Of a DNA stretch of 64,000 nt, positions 1 to 8,322 are shown in pieces. The notes beneath the pieces were generated by a model, which ran no database searches, was not told the DNA's origin, and was given only the letters and a program-made list of their open reading frames with translations. Each line of letters begins with the position of its first letter. The stretch's first letter is position 1. This DNA comes from an uncultured Saprospiraceae bacterium (lineage in GTDB: Bacteria; Bacteroidota; Bacteroidia; Chitinophagales; Saprospiraceae): the NCBI GenBank assembly GCA_964646645.1, contig CAZYHJ010000006.1, forward strand, positions 4,717 to 68,716. Direction: 5' to 3'. Both the position numbers and the translations under genes were made by a program.

Positions 1-1194
1 CTCGGTGAAAAAAAGAAAACTCCGCAGGGACCTCATAAAGAAAGAGCAGTTTTGATAGGTGTCGTGATCCCTCCGCAAACGGAAGAGAAGGTGGTGGAGT
101 ACATGGATGAGCTGGAGTTCCTGGCCCAGACAGCGGGTGCGGATACGGTGAAGAGATTTTTACAGAAGCTGCCAAAACCTGATTCCAAGACATTTATCGG
201 CAGTGGAAAGGTAGAAGAGATCGGGAAGTACATCGAGAGCCACGAAATTGATCTTGCGATTTTTGATGATGACCTCACCGGAAAGCAAACGAGTATACTC
301 GAAGAAATGTGGAAGGTCAAGATCGTGGACCGCACGAGCCTGATCCTGGACATTTTCGCTTCACGTGCGCAGACCGCTCAGGCAAAGGCACAGGTTGAGT
401 TGGCACAACTCCAATACTTACTGCCACGATTAAGAGGATTGTGGTCCCACCTTGAACGTCAGCGTGGAGGTATCGGAATGAGAGGTCCGGGAGAGATGGA
501 AATTGAAACGGACCGTCGTATTGTGCGGGATAAGATATCCTTGCTTAAAAAGAAGCTGGAAAAAATTGATCAGCAAAGCATTACGCAACGTAAGAATCGC
601 GGGGAGTTGATCCGGGTTTCTCTCGTGGGGTACACCAATGTGGGCAAATCCACGCTGATGAATGTATTGAGCAAAAGCGAGGTGTTTGTAGAAAACAAAT
701 TATTCGCCACCCTCGATACTACGGTGCGGAAAATTGTTTTTGGCACCATGCCTTTTTTACTCAGCGATACGGTAGGCTTTATCCGAAAACTTCCCCATCA
801 TCTTGTGGAGAGTTTTAAATCCACACTGGACGAAGTACATGAAGCAGATATTTTGCTGCATGTCATCGATATTTCTCATCCACAATACGAAGATCATATT
901 CAGGCCGTCAATCAAACGTTGCTTGAAATTAAAGTAGAGCAAAAGCCCACGATCCTCGTACTCAATAAAATCGATCAGTACCGTAAAAACCACTACGACG
1001 ACTACCTCGAGCAAAGTGTGAAAGATCAGATCGAAGAAGAAATTCAGGACAGGCTGCGTAACGAATACGGCATGGAGACGGTATTGATCTCCGCGGCGAC
1101 AGGTGAAAACATGGATAAGCTGCGTGAGGCCATGAACCGGTTTATCGGCGAGGCTTACGAAGTGCGTTATCCTTATCGAGTAAAAGAATGGTAA
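1..1194 (+). CDS. hflX: GTPase HflX (5' end upstream of window; frame open from base 1)
   Basis: G1 GYTNVGKST, G3 DTVGF, G4 NKID; frame 1 is open from position 1 (..ERAVLIGVV..), so the listed Met at 52 is probably internal. Confidence 0.9.
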   Translation, partial: LGEKKKTPQGPHKERAVLIGVVIPPQTEEKVVEYMDELEFLAQTAGADTVKRFLQKLPKPDSKTFIGSGKVEEIGKYIESHEIDLAIFDDDLTGKQTSILEEMWKVKIVDRTSLILDIFASRAQTAQAKAQVELAQLQYLLPRLRGLWSHLERQRGGIGMRGPGEMEIETDRRIVRDKISLLKKKLEKIDQQSITQRKNRGELIRVSLVGYTNVGKSTLMNVLSKSEVFVENKLFATLDTTVRKIVFGTMPFLLSDTVGFIRKLPHHLVESFKSTLDEVHEADILLHVIDISHPQYEDHIQAVNQTLLEIKVEQKPTILVLNKIDQYRKNHYDDYLEQSVKDQIEEEIQDRLRNEYGMETVLISAATGENMDKLREAMNRFIGEAYEVRYPYRVKEW

Positions 1195-2324
1195 ATAGCA
1201 TGCAACAATCCTATGTGCCTGATGGCGTATTGATGCAGAAGTATGCAGATCTCTTATTGCATTACTGTCTGCAGGTTAAGGAAGGACAACGGTTATTTGT
1301 GTCCAGTTCTTTTCTGGCCGAACCCCTGCTCCTTGAAATTCACCGTGAAGCGACAAAGTCAGGTGTTGCTGTGGAGTATGACCTGGCATTCAGAGATAAA
1401 GGTTTTGTGTATTGGTTGGAAGCAAAGGGTGAATTGTTGGATAAGGAGCCGGTGTTCCAGACCTATGCGATGGAGCACTTCGATGCCTACCTCGCCATTC
1501 GCGCGCCTTACAACCTGCACGAAGATCTTCCTGCCACTCCTGAACAGAAGAAGAGAAGAGCAGCAGCAGGAGCGAGAGCCAACCAGTTTTATTTTTCACG
1601 CACGGCGGATAAAAGTATGGTCCGCAGCCTTTGTCAGTATCCAACACAGGCTTCAGCGGACGCGGCAGGAATGACGCTTGAGGAATATGCCACATTTGTC
1701 TTTAATGCATGCCGGTTGGATGAACAGGACCCTATGCAGGCCTGGCTTGAAGTGCGAAAGGAGCAACAGCGTTATGTTGATTTTCTCAATACCTGCGATC
1801 TGATCCAATATAAAAATGAAAAGACCGATATACGCTTTTCTGTCAAGGATCGTATATGGATCAATAGTGATGGACGAGCCAATATGCCGTCAGGCGAAGT
1901 ATTTACAGGACCGATTGAAGACAGTGTGGAAGGTGTTGTACATTTTGATTATCCTACCGTTTATAATGGTCATGACGTGAAGGGCATAACCTTATGGGTG
2001 GAGAAGGGTCAGGTGGTAAAGTGGGAAGCTGAGCAAGGGCAAAATGTATTGGACCAGATCTTTGCCATCGAAGGTTCCAGGTATTTTGGAGAAGTGGCCA
2101 TTGGCACCAACTATCGCATCCAGCGCGCCACGCGTAATATTTTGTTTGACGAAAAAATTGGTGGCAGCATCCACATGGCCATCGGACAGTCCTATCTGCA
2201 GACCGGTGGTAAAAATCAATCCACCGTGCATTGGGATATGATCTCGGATATGAAGAAGGGCGGTGAGATCATTGCGGATGGAAGAGTGATCTACAGGGAT
2301 GGTTATTTTATCAGTGATCTGTGA
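1188..2324 (+). CDS. aminopeptidase, peptidase M29 (AmpS/PepS-like) family
   Basis: 378 aa with overall M29-like layout (LMQKYADLLLHYCLQVKEGQ N-terminus, GEVFTGP, HMAIG). ATG overlaps the hflX stop (ATGGTAA); alternative start at 1200. Confidence 0.75.
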   Translation: MVNSMQQSYVPDGVLMQKYADLLLHYCLQVKEGQRLFVSSSFLAEPLLLEIHREATKSGVAVEYDLAFRDKGFVYWLEAKGELLDKEPVFQTYAMEHFDAYLAIRAPYNLHEDLPATPEQKKRRAAAGARANQFYFSRTADKSMVRSLCQYPTQASADAAGMTLEEYATFVFNACRLDEQDPMQAWLEVRKEQQRYVDFLNTCDLIQYKNEKTDIRFSVKDRIWINSDGRANMPSGEVFTGPIEDSVEGVVHFDYPTVYNGHDVKGITLWVEKGQVVKWEAEQGQNVLDQIFAIEGSRYFGEVAIGTNYRIQRATRNILFDEKIGGSIHMAIGQSYLQTGGKNQSTVHWDMISDMKKGGEIIADGRVIYRDGYFISDL

Positions 2325-2385
2325 TCTGTATTGTGATGTGGTGATTTGGTGATGGAGTGATGTGGTGATGGAGTGATTTGGATAA
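2313..2385. repeat. GT-rich tandem word repeat, period ~8 (nnnGTGAT)
   Basis: gtgatctgtgatctgtattgtgatgtggtgatttggtgatggagtgatgtggtgatggagtgatttgg; begins inside the last codons and stop of the aminopeptidase gene. Confidence 0.8.
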
Positions 2386-2432
2386 TACTTTTTTTACCGG
2401 TCCCGATAACAATGGGAGTTAAAGCAAGAATT

Positions 2433-2526
2433 CTCTATCCACTGCTCTCTGCCCTATGCTCTCTGCCCTATGCTCTTTGCCCTATGCTCTTTGCCCTATG
2501 CTCTTTGCCCTATGCTCTTTGCCCGT
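2433..2526. repeat. 14-nt tandem repeat (gccctatgctcttt), 5 full copies plus degenerate flanks
   Basis: Units at 2451, 2465, 2479, 2493 and 2507. Same word family (ctatgc[tc]) as at 20567, 47841 and 53214. Confidence 0.9.
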
Positions 2527-2607
2527 ATTTCCATTTGGAGTTGTATTTTGGCCAACTTTTAGGGTTGGCAGGATATTTGTCAGTCCTGGTACCGTAAATC
2601 AGACAAA

Positions 2608-4302
2608 ATGAGTTCAGAAACCAAGCCCAAAGAGGTCAATATCGACCTCGAGATCGCTCAGAATGCTCCTATACGCCATATCCGTACGATTGCCGAGAAA
2701 CTGGGCATCACGGAGGATGACCTTGAATATTATGGGAAATACAAAGCAAAATTGCCTCATTCCCTGATCAATGAAGATAAGGTCAATCAATGCAATCTGA
2801 TCCTGGTGACGGCTATCAGCCCTACTCCTGCAGGTGAAGGAAAGACTACGGTATCTATCGGATTGACGGACGGTCTTAATAAGATCGGAAAGAAAGCCGG
2901 CGTGGCCCTTCGCGAGCCTTCCCTGGGACCAGTGTTTGGCATTAAAGGCGGAGCAGCCGGTGGAGGATATTCCCAGGTGATTCCCATGGTGGACATTAAT
3001 CTCCACTTTACCGGTGATTTTTCAGCCATTGAAAAAGCCAATAATCTCCTGGCGGCATTGATCGACAATGCGATCCAGTTTAAGAATAAGGCAGACATTG
3101 ATCCGCGTACCATCGTGTGGAAACGCGTCATGGATATGAATGACCGCAGCCTGCGGCATATCGTCATCGGTATCGGAGGTACGGCCAATGGCGTTCCACG
3201 GGAGGACGGTTTTAATATTACCGCGGCTTCTGAGGTGATGGCGATCGTTTGTCTTTCCAAAGATTTTGAAGATCTCAAGCGGAGGTTGGGCAATATTTTC
3301 ATCGGGTATACCTATGATAAGAAGCCGGTTTTCGCGCGCGAGATTAATGCCCAGGGCGCAATGGCCTTATTGTTAAAGGATGCCATCAAACCCAATCTTG
3401 TTCAAACGCTTGAAGGTAATCCGGCCATTATTCATGGTGGACCTTTTGCCAATATTGCGCAGGGAACCAACTCGATCATTGCTACCAAAACAGCCATGTC
3501 GCTTTGTGATTATGTCGTGACAGAGGCAGGTTTCGGCGCAGATCTTGGAGCAGAAAAATTCCTTGACCTCAAATGCCCTGTTGCCGGCATCAAGCCTAAA
3601 GCGATTGTGCTCGTGGCTACCATTCGCGCCCTTCGTCATCACGGAGGCGCAAAGAAGGAAGAATACAATACACCGGATCTTGGCAAGGTGAAAAAAGGTT
3701 TTGAAAACCTTGAGAAACACCTCGAGAATTGTAAAAAGTTTGGCCTCACTCCTGTTGTAGCCATCAACAGTTTTATCTCCGATAGCGCGGAAGAAATCGC
3801 CTACGTTCAGGAGCGTTGCCAGTCTCTGGGTGCGAAAGCAGTCGTATCAAAAGGATGGGCGCATGGTGGAGAAGGGACAAAGGAACTCGCTCAGGCCGTT
3901 GTGGACGTCATTGCCGCCGGAGGTAATAACTACAAGCCACTCTATGACTGGACTCTGTCCATCGAGGAAAAGATCAAAAAAGTAGCTACTGAAATCTATG
4001 GTGCTTCACATATCGAGTACTCTGCTAAATCCAAATCGCAACTCAAGGAATTCGCACGCATTGGTTTTGATAAACTGCCAATCTGTGTGGCCAAGACACA
4101 GAAATCATTTTCGGATGATGAACGAAAGATTGGTCGTCCAACGGACTTTACCATCACCATTCGTGAGTTTGAAGTAGCAGCCGGCGCGGGTTTTGTGGTA
4201 CCCATCCTGGGTGAAATGATGCGTATGCCGGGCTTGCCTGCGATCCCAGCGGCTGAGGGTATGGACATTGATAATGATGGAACTATTACCGGACTTTCCT
4301 AA
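2608..4302 (+). CDS. fhs: formate--tetrahydrofolate ligase
   Basis: 564 aa, PTPAGEGKTT P-loop signature, full-length FTHFS-like sequence. Confidence 0.97.
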   Translation: MSSETKPKEVNIDLEIAQNAPIRHIRTIAEKLGITEDDLEYYGKYKAKLPHSLINEDKVNQCNLILVTAISPTPAGEGKTTVSIGLTDGLNKIGKKAGVALREPSLGPVFGIKGGAAGGGYSQVIPMVDINLHFTGDFSAIEKANNLLAALIDNAIQFKNKADIDPRTIVWKRVMDMNDRSLRHIVIGIGGTANGVPREDGFNITAASEVMAIVCLSKDFEDLKRRLGNIFIGYTYDKKPVFAREINAQGAMALLLKDAIKPNLVQTLEGNPAIIHGGPFANIAQGTNSIIATKTAMSLCDYVVTEAGFGADLGAEKFLDLKCPVAGIKPKAIVLVATIRALRHHGGAKKEEYNTPDLGKVKKGFENLEKHLENCKKFGLTPVVAINSFISDSAEEIAYVQERCQSLGAKAVVSKGWAHGGEGTKELAQAVVDVIAAGGNNYKPLYDWTLSIEEKIKKVATEIYGASHIEYSAKSKSQLKEFARIGFDKLPICVAKTQKSFSDDERKIGRPTDFTITIREFEVAAGAGFVVPILGEMMRMPGLPAIPAAEGMDIDNDGTITGLS

Positions 4303-4337
4303 TAAGTCAGTCCTTCAGGACCTGGTTTCGGTATTTT

Positions 4338-4580
4338 TCAATGTTCTTTTTTTATCTGGTCTGCATCAGGATGTAAGTCCCTTTGCATCCTTTTAAAGCT
4401 ATTTGCCATCCGGATACCTATAAGTAAGGAAGCGATTAGAATGGTTCCGCCCAGTATAAGGCCATAAACATTGTTCATTTTCAGATATACGATTCCTCCG
4501 ATGATCAGCCCTATCAGCATCGGCGAGAGCACTATCCTGCACCACACCAGGATCTCCATGATAAGCGTCGACAGATTCAT
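4338..4580 (-). CDS. small membrane protein (2 TM), unknown function
   Basis: 80-aa ORF with two hydrophobic helices; no recognisable family. Confidence 0.4.
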   Translation of the reverse strand: MNLSTLIMEILVWCRIVLSPMLIGLIIGGIVYLKMNNVYGLILGGTILIASLLIGIRMANSFKRMQRDLHPDADQIKKEH

Positions 4581-4712
4581 TATGTCCCAAATTTAGTCAG
4601 CAAAAACCTCTTTTTCTTTAATACCTCCTTGTTATTTCTCTTAGCAAATTCGGGACAGTTAACTCATTAATCCTTACAGCAGGTAGCATTTATATGCTTT
4701 GCAGATTAATAC

Positions 4713-4785
4713 TACCTCCTGATTCCTTGCCACTTGCTGATTGCCTATTGCCAATTGCCTATTCCTATCTCCTGATTCCTATTTT
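4713..4785. repeat. word-repeat mosaic (ttgcctattgcc / ctgattcct words)
   Basis: cctcctgattccttgccacttgctgattgcctattgccaattgcctattcctatctcctgattccta; 4761-4781 is identical to 45687-45707. Confidence 0.6.
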
Positions 4786-4815
4786 ACAACTATCCAACTC
4801 AAATCATCATTTATA

Positions 4816-4831
4816 CTGACCCTTGTCATTT
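4816..4831 (+). promoter_or_regulatory. candidate Crp/Fnr-type operator CTGACCCTTGTCATTT (TGAC-N4-GTCA)
   Basis: 15/16 identical to 9658-9673. The -7-like element cATTTTTG at 4852-4859 lies 36 nt downstream, the same spacing as the second copy. Confidence 0.45.
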
Positions 4832-4898
4832 CGCAGATGATAGCTAACCCTCATTTTTGATACGTCAATAAGATTCTTAACCTTTAAATCATAAAGTC

Positions 4899-5342
4899 AT
4901 GTCACTCATCAAATGGAATGATCCAATGAAGCTGATGGGGAAGAGGAACTGGGTTGAGAACTTCTTTGCGGAAACCGATGATTTCCTGAAAAACTGGAAT
5001 TGGGATGTCTCTCAGGATGTTCCGGCCGTCAATGTGAAGGATGAAAAAGATTTCTTCATGATTGATGTGGCTGCTCCGGGAATGAAACGGGAAGATTTCA
5101 AGGTGGAAGTCGACAGAGGAGTTTTGATCATCAGCGCTACTACTGAAGAGAAGAAAGAGGAGAAGACGGAGAACTTTAAACGTCAGGAGTTCAGTTACCG
5201 CAATTTCAAACGTTCTTTCTGGCTGCCGGAAAATATAATGCCCGACAAAATCGAGGCCCATTATGAAGATGGCATCCTGAAATTGAAACTGCCCAAAATG
5301 ATGGAAATACCTGAAAAGGTACAGACGATAAAAGTGGTGTGA
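4899..5342 (+). CDS. Hsp20/alpha-crystallin small heat-shock protein
   Basis: 147 aa with an alpha-crystallin domain (PAVNVKDEKDFFMIDVAAPGMKREDFKVEV...EDGILKLKLPK). Confidence 0.95.
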   Translation: MSLIKWNDPMKLMGKRNWVENFFAETDDFLKNWNWDVSQDVPAVNVKDEKDFFMIDVAAPGMKREDFKVEVDRGVLIISATTEEKKEEKTENFKRQEFSYRNFKRSFWLPENIMPDKIEAHYEDGILKLKLPKMMEIPEKVQTIKVV

Positions 5343-5351
5343 TTTCAAATG

Positions 5352-5382
5352 CCGGGGTTCGGCGACGGGCCCCGGTTTTTTT
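5352..5382 (+). terminator. rho-independent terminator after hsp20
   Basis: ccgggg/ccccgg stem followed by a T7 run (ccggggttcggcgacgggccccggttttttt). Confidence 0.7.
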
Positions 5383-5419
5383 ATTTTAGCACCATTATTC
5401 ACGAATATCAGCATTACTC

Positions 5420-5842
5420 ATGGATACCAGCAGACCCGTTTCCGAGATCATGACAAAGCACCTGGTGACCGTTAAACCGGAAGATACCATTGATCGAATC
5501 CATGATCTCTTTGAAAAACACACCTTTCACCACATTCCGGTGGTGGAGAAGAACAAGCTCGTCGGGATCATCTCCAAAACCGACTATGTAAAAATTCGGC
5601 ACATGTTGGCCACCACCTGGTCCGGGGAGACTATTTGCCAGGATATGTATAAGGATATGTGTGCCGGGGATATCATGTCCCGGGAACCCCTTAAAGTGGA
5701 ACCGGCCGATACGATAGGCCTTGCCGCGGATATATTCCGTGCCAATGCCTTACATGCCCTTCCGGTGGTCGAAGAGGGTGAGCTCGTTGGTATAGTTACC
5801 TCTCATGATTTGCTCAATTACGCATACCAGGGCATGCTCTGA
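5420..5842 (+). CDS. CBS-pair domain protein
   Basis: 140 aa, two CBS motifs (HHIPVVEKNKLVGIISKTD; HALPVVEEGELVGIVTSHDLL). Confidence 0.85.
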   Translation: MDTSRPVSEIMTKHLVTVKPEDTIDRIHDLFEKHTFHHIPVVEKNKLVGIISKTDYVKIRHMLATTWSGETICQDMYKDMCAGDIMSREPLKVEPADTIGLAADIFRANALHALPVVEEGELVGIVTSHDLLNYAYQGML

Positions 5843-5890
5843 TTTGCGTTATGCTTATAGTGATTTTCTGATTTATAAATTTTGCTCGTC

Positions 5891-6337
5891 ATGGACAAAT
5901 GGATAGCTGTCAAGCATATTATGACCACTGACCTGGTGACTGCCGATCCGGATGAAGTGCTGGATTCCGTTAAGCACAAGTTGATCTCCAATCACATCCA
6001 GCATATTCCGGTCGTCGAAGGGAAGAAAATACTGGGCATCATCAGTATCAGCGATATGCGACGGATGGAGCATCACTTTACCTTATTTAAATCTGAAAAG
6101 GCTTTGGAAAGCAATCGACAGATTTTTTCCACGATTCTGGCTTCAGAAGTGATGACCAAATCATTGGTCAAGTTGAAGGACACAGACACGGCGTCCATTG
6201 CCGTGGACCTCTTTCGGGAGAATTTGTTCCATGCCCTTCCGGTCGTCAATGACAAAGATCACCTGGTCGGGATGATCACTCCGCTGGATCTGTTAAAATA
6301 TGCCTTTGATGAAAAACCTCCATTAGAGGAAAGTTGA
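5891..6337 (+). CDS. CBS-pair domain protein
   Basis: Two CBS motifs (QHIPVVEGKKILGIISISD; HALPVVNDKDHLVGMITPLDLL). First ATG is at 5891; the listed 5882 start is TTG. Confidence 0.85.
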   Translation: MDKWIAVKHIMTTDLVTADPDEVLDSVKHKLISNHIQHIPVVEGKKILGIISISDMRRMEHHFTLFKSEKALESNRQIFSTILASEVMTKSLVKLKDTDTASIAVDLFRENLFHALPVVNDKDHLVGMITPLDLLKYAFDEKPPLEES

Positions 6338-6349
6338 AAATCAAGTGCT

Positions 6350-7183
6350 ATGAAGATCCTGTTCCCCACTGATTTTTCTACAACGGCAGAAAATGCCTTT
6401 ACCTACGCGATCAAGCTTGCCGACCGTCTCAAAGCTTCCATTACCGTGGTGCATGTCTACGAGTTGCTTCAGTTGCATACCTGGATAGAAGGGGCCACCA
6501 ATATGAACGATCTCAATGAAAAAGTCACCATTGGTGAGTTTGAACATTTCAGGGAACAGATTGACACGTTGAAACGAATAGCCCGCGAAAATCAACTGGA
6601 GCATATTGAAGTAGATTATGTGTTGAAGGAATCAGATTATGTCATTGAAGCCATACAACAGGAAGCAATGACCAACGGAGCGGATTTGATTGTGATGGGG
6701 ACCAAAGGCGCCAGAGGATTAAAGGAAATCTTTTTTGGAAGTGTGGCCACTAAGGTCATGGAGACAGCCCCTTGCCCTGTATTTGTAGTACCTGAAACGG
6801 CCCATTTTAAAGGCATACAGAAAATCGGGCTAACGCTGGAATATAAGCCGGTGGAATATGACCTGATTGAAAAGGCGCTGAGGCTGACCCGTCGGTTGGG
6901 CGGTCACCTGCATTGTGTTCATATTGACAATTATGACGATGAACAGAAGCGATTAGCCTTCCAGGATTACCGGAAGACGTTTGAAGCGGAGCAGGATATA
7001 AGTTTTCACATCCATCACGATCCTGATACGGAAAAGGGAATACTGGATTTCATGAAATTTAATCAGATGGATGTCATTGTGATGTATGTTCATCCCCAGT
7101 CGTTGCTGAAGGATATTTTTTCCTTTAGTATTGCCAAGCGGGTAGCCTATCACAGCGATATTCCCATCCTGGGAATTCATTAA
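6350..7183 (+). CDS. tandem universal stress protein (2x UspA domain)
   Basis: 277 aa. KILFPTDFS...ITVVHV, GADLIVMGTKGARGLKEIFFGSVATKVMETAPCPVFVVP, and a second Usp half ending in DIPILGIH. Confidence 0.9.
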   Translation: MKILFPTDFSTTAENAFTYAIKLADRLKASITVVHVYELLQLHTWIEGATNMNDLNEKVTIGEFEHFREQIDTLKRIARENQLEHIEVDYVLKESDYVIEAIQQEAMTNGADLIVMGTKGARGLKEIFFGSVATKVMETAPCPVFVVPETAHFKGIQKIGLTLEYKPVEYDLIEKALRLTRRLGGHLHCVHIDNYDDEQKRLAFQDYRKTFEAEQDISFHIHHDPDTEKGILDFMKFNQMDVIVMYVHPQSLLKDIFSFSIAKRVAYHSDIPILGIH

Positions 7184-7190
7184 AAACACG

Positions 7191-7233
7191 TAGGGACAGG
7201 TAGGGATATGTAGGGGCAGGTCGCGACCTGCCC
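7191..7233. repeat. decamer word repeat (tagggacagg) ending in a 20-nt perfect palindrome
   Basis: tagggacagg tagggatatg taggggcagg; gggcaggtcg|cgacctgccc at 7214-7233. Confidence 0.6.
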
Positions 7234-7251
7234 TTGTGAAATTTTGATAAT

Positions 7252-7295
7252 AAAAATCGGTAGGGACAGGTCGCGACCTGTCCCTACCGATTTTT
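7252..7295. terminator. 44-nt perfect palindrome; likely bidirectional terminator between convergent usp and response-regulator genes
   Basis: aaaaatcggtagggacaggtcg|cgacctgtccctaccgattttt: a GC-rich stem flanked by A5/T5, ending 2 nt from the regulator stop codon. Confidence 0.75.
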
Positions 7296-7296
7296 A

Positions 7297-8322
7297 TCAA
7301 TTGTGGATGATGATATCCGATCCCTGGATGGATACCAATCCTTCTTCTTTAAATTCCGAAAGGCAGCGGATAATGGTTTCTTTGGCTGTGCCGGCCATAC
7401 TGGCCAGATCTTCGCGAGCGACCGGGATGACCGCGGTGCCATTTTCAAGGTAAAATGCGTGGAGGTCCACGAGGGTAGCGGCCAGTTTCATCCGCACAGA
7501 GCCGAAGGCCTGAAGCAGGAGTTTTTCATCCGCCTGAAGTTGGTTATTGGCCATTTCCTGGAGAAAATAATACGCGATGGAAGGATGATGCAAGACGAAT
7601 GAGATAAAATCATCCCGCTTGATCGGAATCAACTCAAGGTCCTCAAAAGCCTTTACCGTTTCCTGGTATTTGGTGCCTGAGAAGGCAGAGGATACACCAA
7701 CGATCATCGGGTACTGATATAGCCGGGTCACCACTTCTTTTGCGTAGTTGTCAATTTTAGTAGCGATCGCCCTTCCGGATTTTATGGCAAAAACAAAACG
7801 ACAGGTTTGACCTTCGGCAAACAGCAGATCCTTTTTCCTGACCATCCTTGTTTCACTATCCAGGAGGGATTCCGGAAGAGTCTGCATCACTTGTTCTGCG
7901 GTAGGCAGGTTGACTATGGAAGCAGCGACTCCGGCATGTCCCTGATGCGATCTGTGCTTATTTAGTCTGAATTCAATTGTGTTGAGTAACTCAACATCAT
8001 CAAAGGGTTTGGTGATATAATCATCTGCCCCCAATGTCATGCCCCGTCTGACATCAGTCAATTCGGTCTTAGCGGTAAGGAATAAAAATGGGATCATTGC
8101 CGTGGCTTCATTTTTGGACAGAATCCGGAGCACGGTATATCCATCCATTTCCGGCATCATGATATCACAGAGGATCAGATCCGGTACATGTGCAACAGCT
8201 GCTTCCACCCCTAATTTACCATTAGGGGCTGTAACAGTTTCGTATCCGGAGAGCGTCAACAATTCGCTCAGATTTTCTCTGACGTCATTGTTGTCTTCGA
8301 TGACCAGGATTTTATTTTTCAT
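7297..8322 (-). CDS. response regulator with REC domain fused to Crp/Fnr-type effector domain and HTH
   Basis: REC: KILVIEDN, DLILCDIMMPEMDG, KPF. C-terminal cNMP-binding-like barrel plus HTH REDLASMAGTAKETIIRCLSEFKEEGLV. Start taken at MKNKILVIEDN, overlapping the kinase stop by 11 nt. Confidence 0.9.
   Translation of the reverse strand: MKNKILVIEDNNDVRENLSELLTLSGYETVTAPNGKLGVEAAVAHVPDLILCDIMMPEMDGYTVLRILSKNEATAMIPFLFLTAKTELTDVRRGMTLGADDYITKPFDDVELLNTIEFRLNKHRSHQGHAGVAASIVNLPTAEQVMQTLPESLLDSETRMVRKKDLLFAEGQTCRFVFAIKSGRAIATKIDNYAKEVVTRLYQYPMIVGVSSAFSGTKYQETVKAFEDLELIPIKRDDFISFVLHHPSIAYYFLQEMANNQLQADEKLLLQAFGSVRMKLAATLVDLHAFYLENGTAVIPVAREDLASMAGTAKETIIRCLSEFKEEGLVSIQGSDIIIHN

Noticed and set aside
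2373-2597. 74-aa ORF (..LCSLPYALCPMLFALCSLPYALCP..)
   Set aside because: It is the translation of the 14-nt tandem repeat. The periodic peptide has no start context and lies wholly inside the repeat mosaic.
4857-4868. TTGATACGTCAA palindrome 31 nt upstream of the hsp20 ATG as an FNR box
   Set aside because: The half-sites are TTGA-N4-TCAA (TGA-N4-TCA), 2 bp shorter than the FNR/CRP geometry. The site is also too close to the start codon. ATTAATGCGTTAAT at 9799-9812 has a similar shape, but two 4/5-N4 palindromes in AT-rich DNA are not significant.
6953-7453. ORFs 6953-7300 (-) and 7244-7453 (+), both containing ..IGRDRSRPVPTDFY..
   Set aside because: They are mirror-image translations of the 44-nt perfect palindrome. 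They overlap well-supported usp and response-regulator genes.
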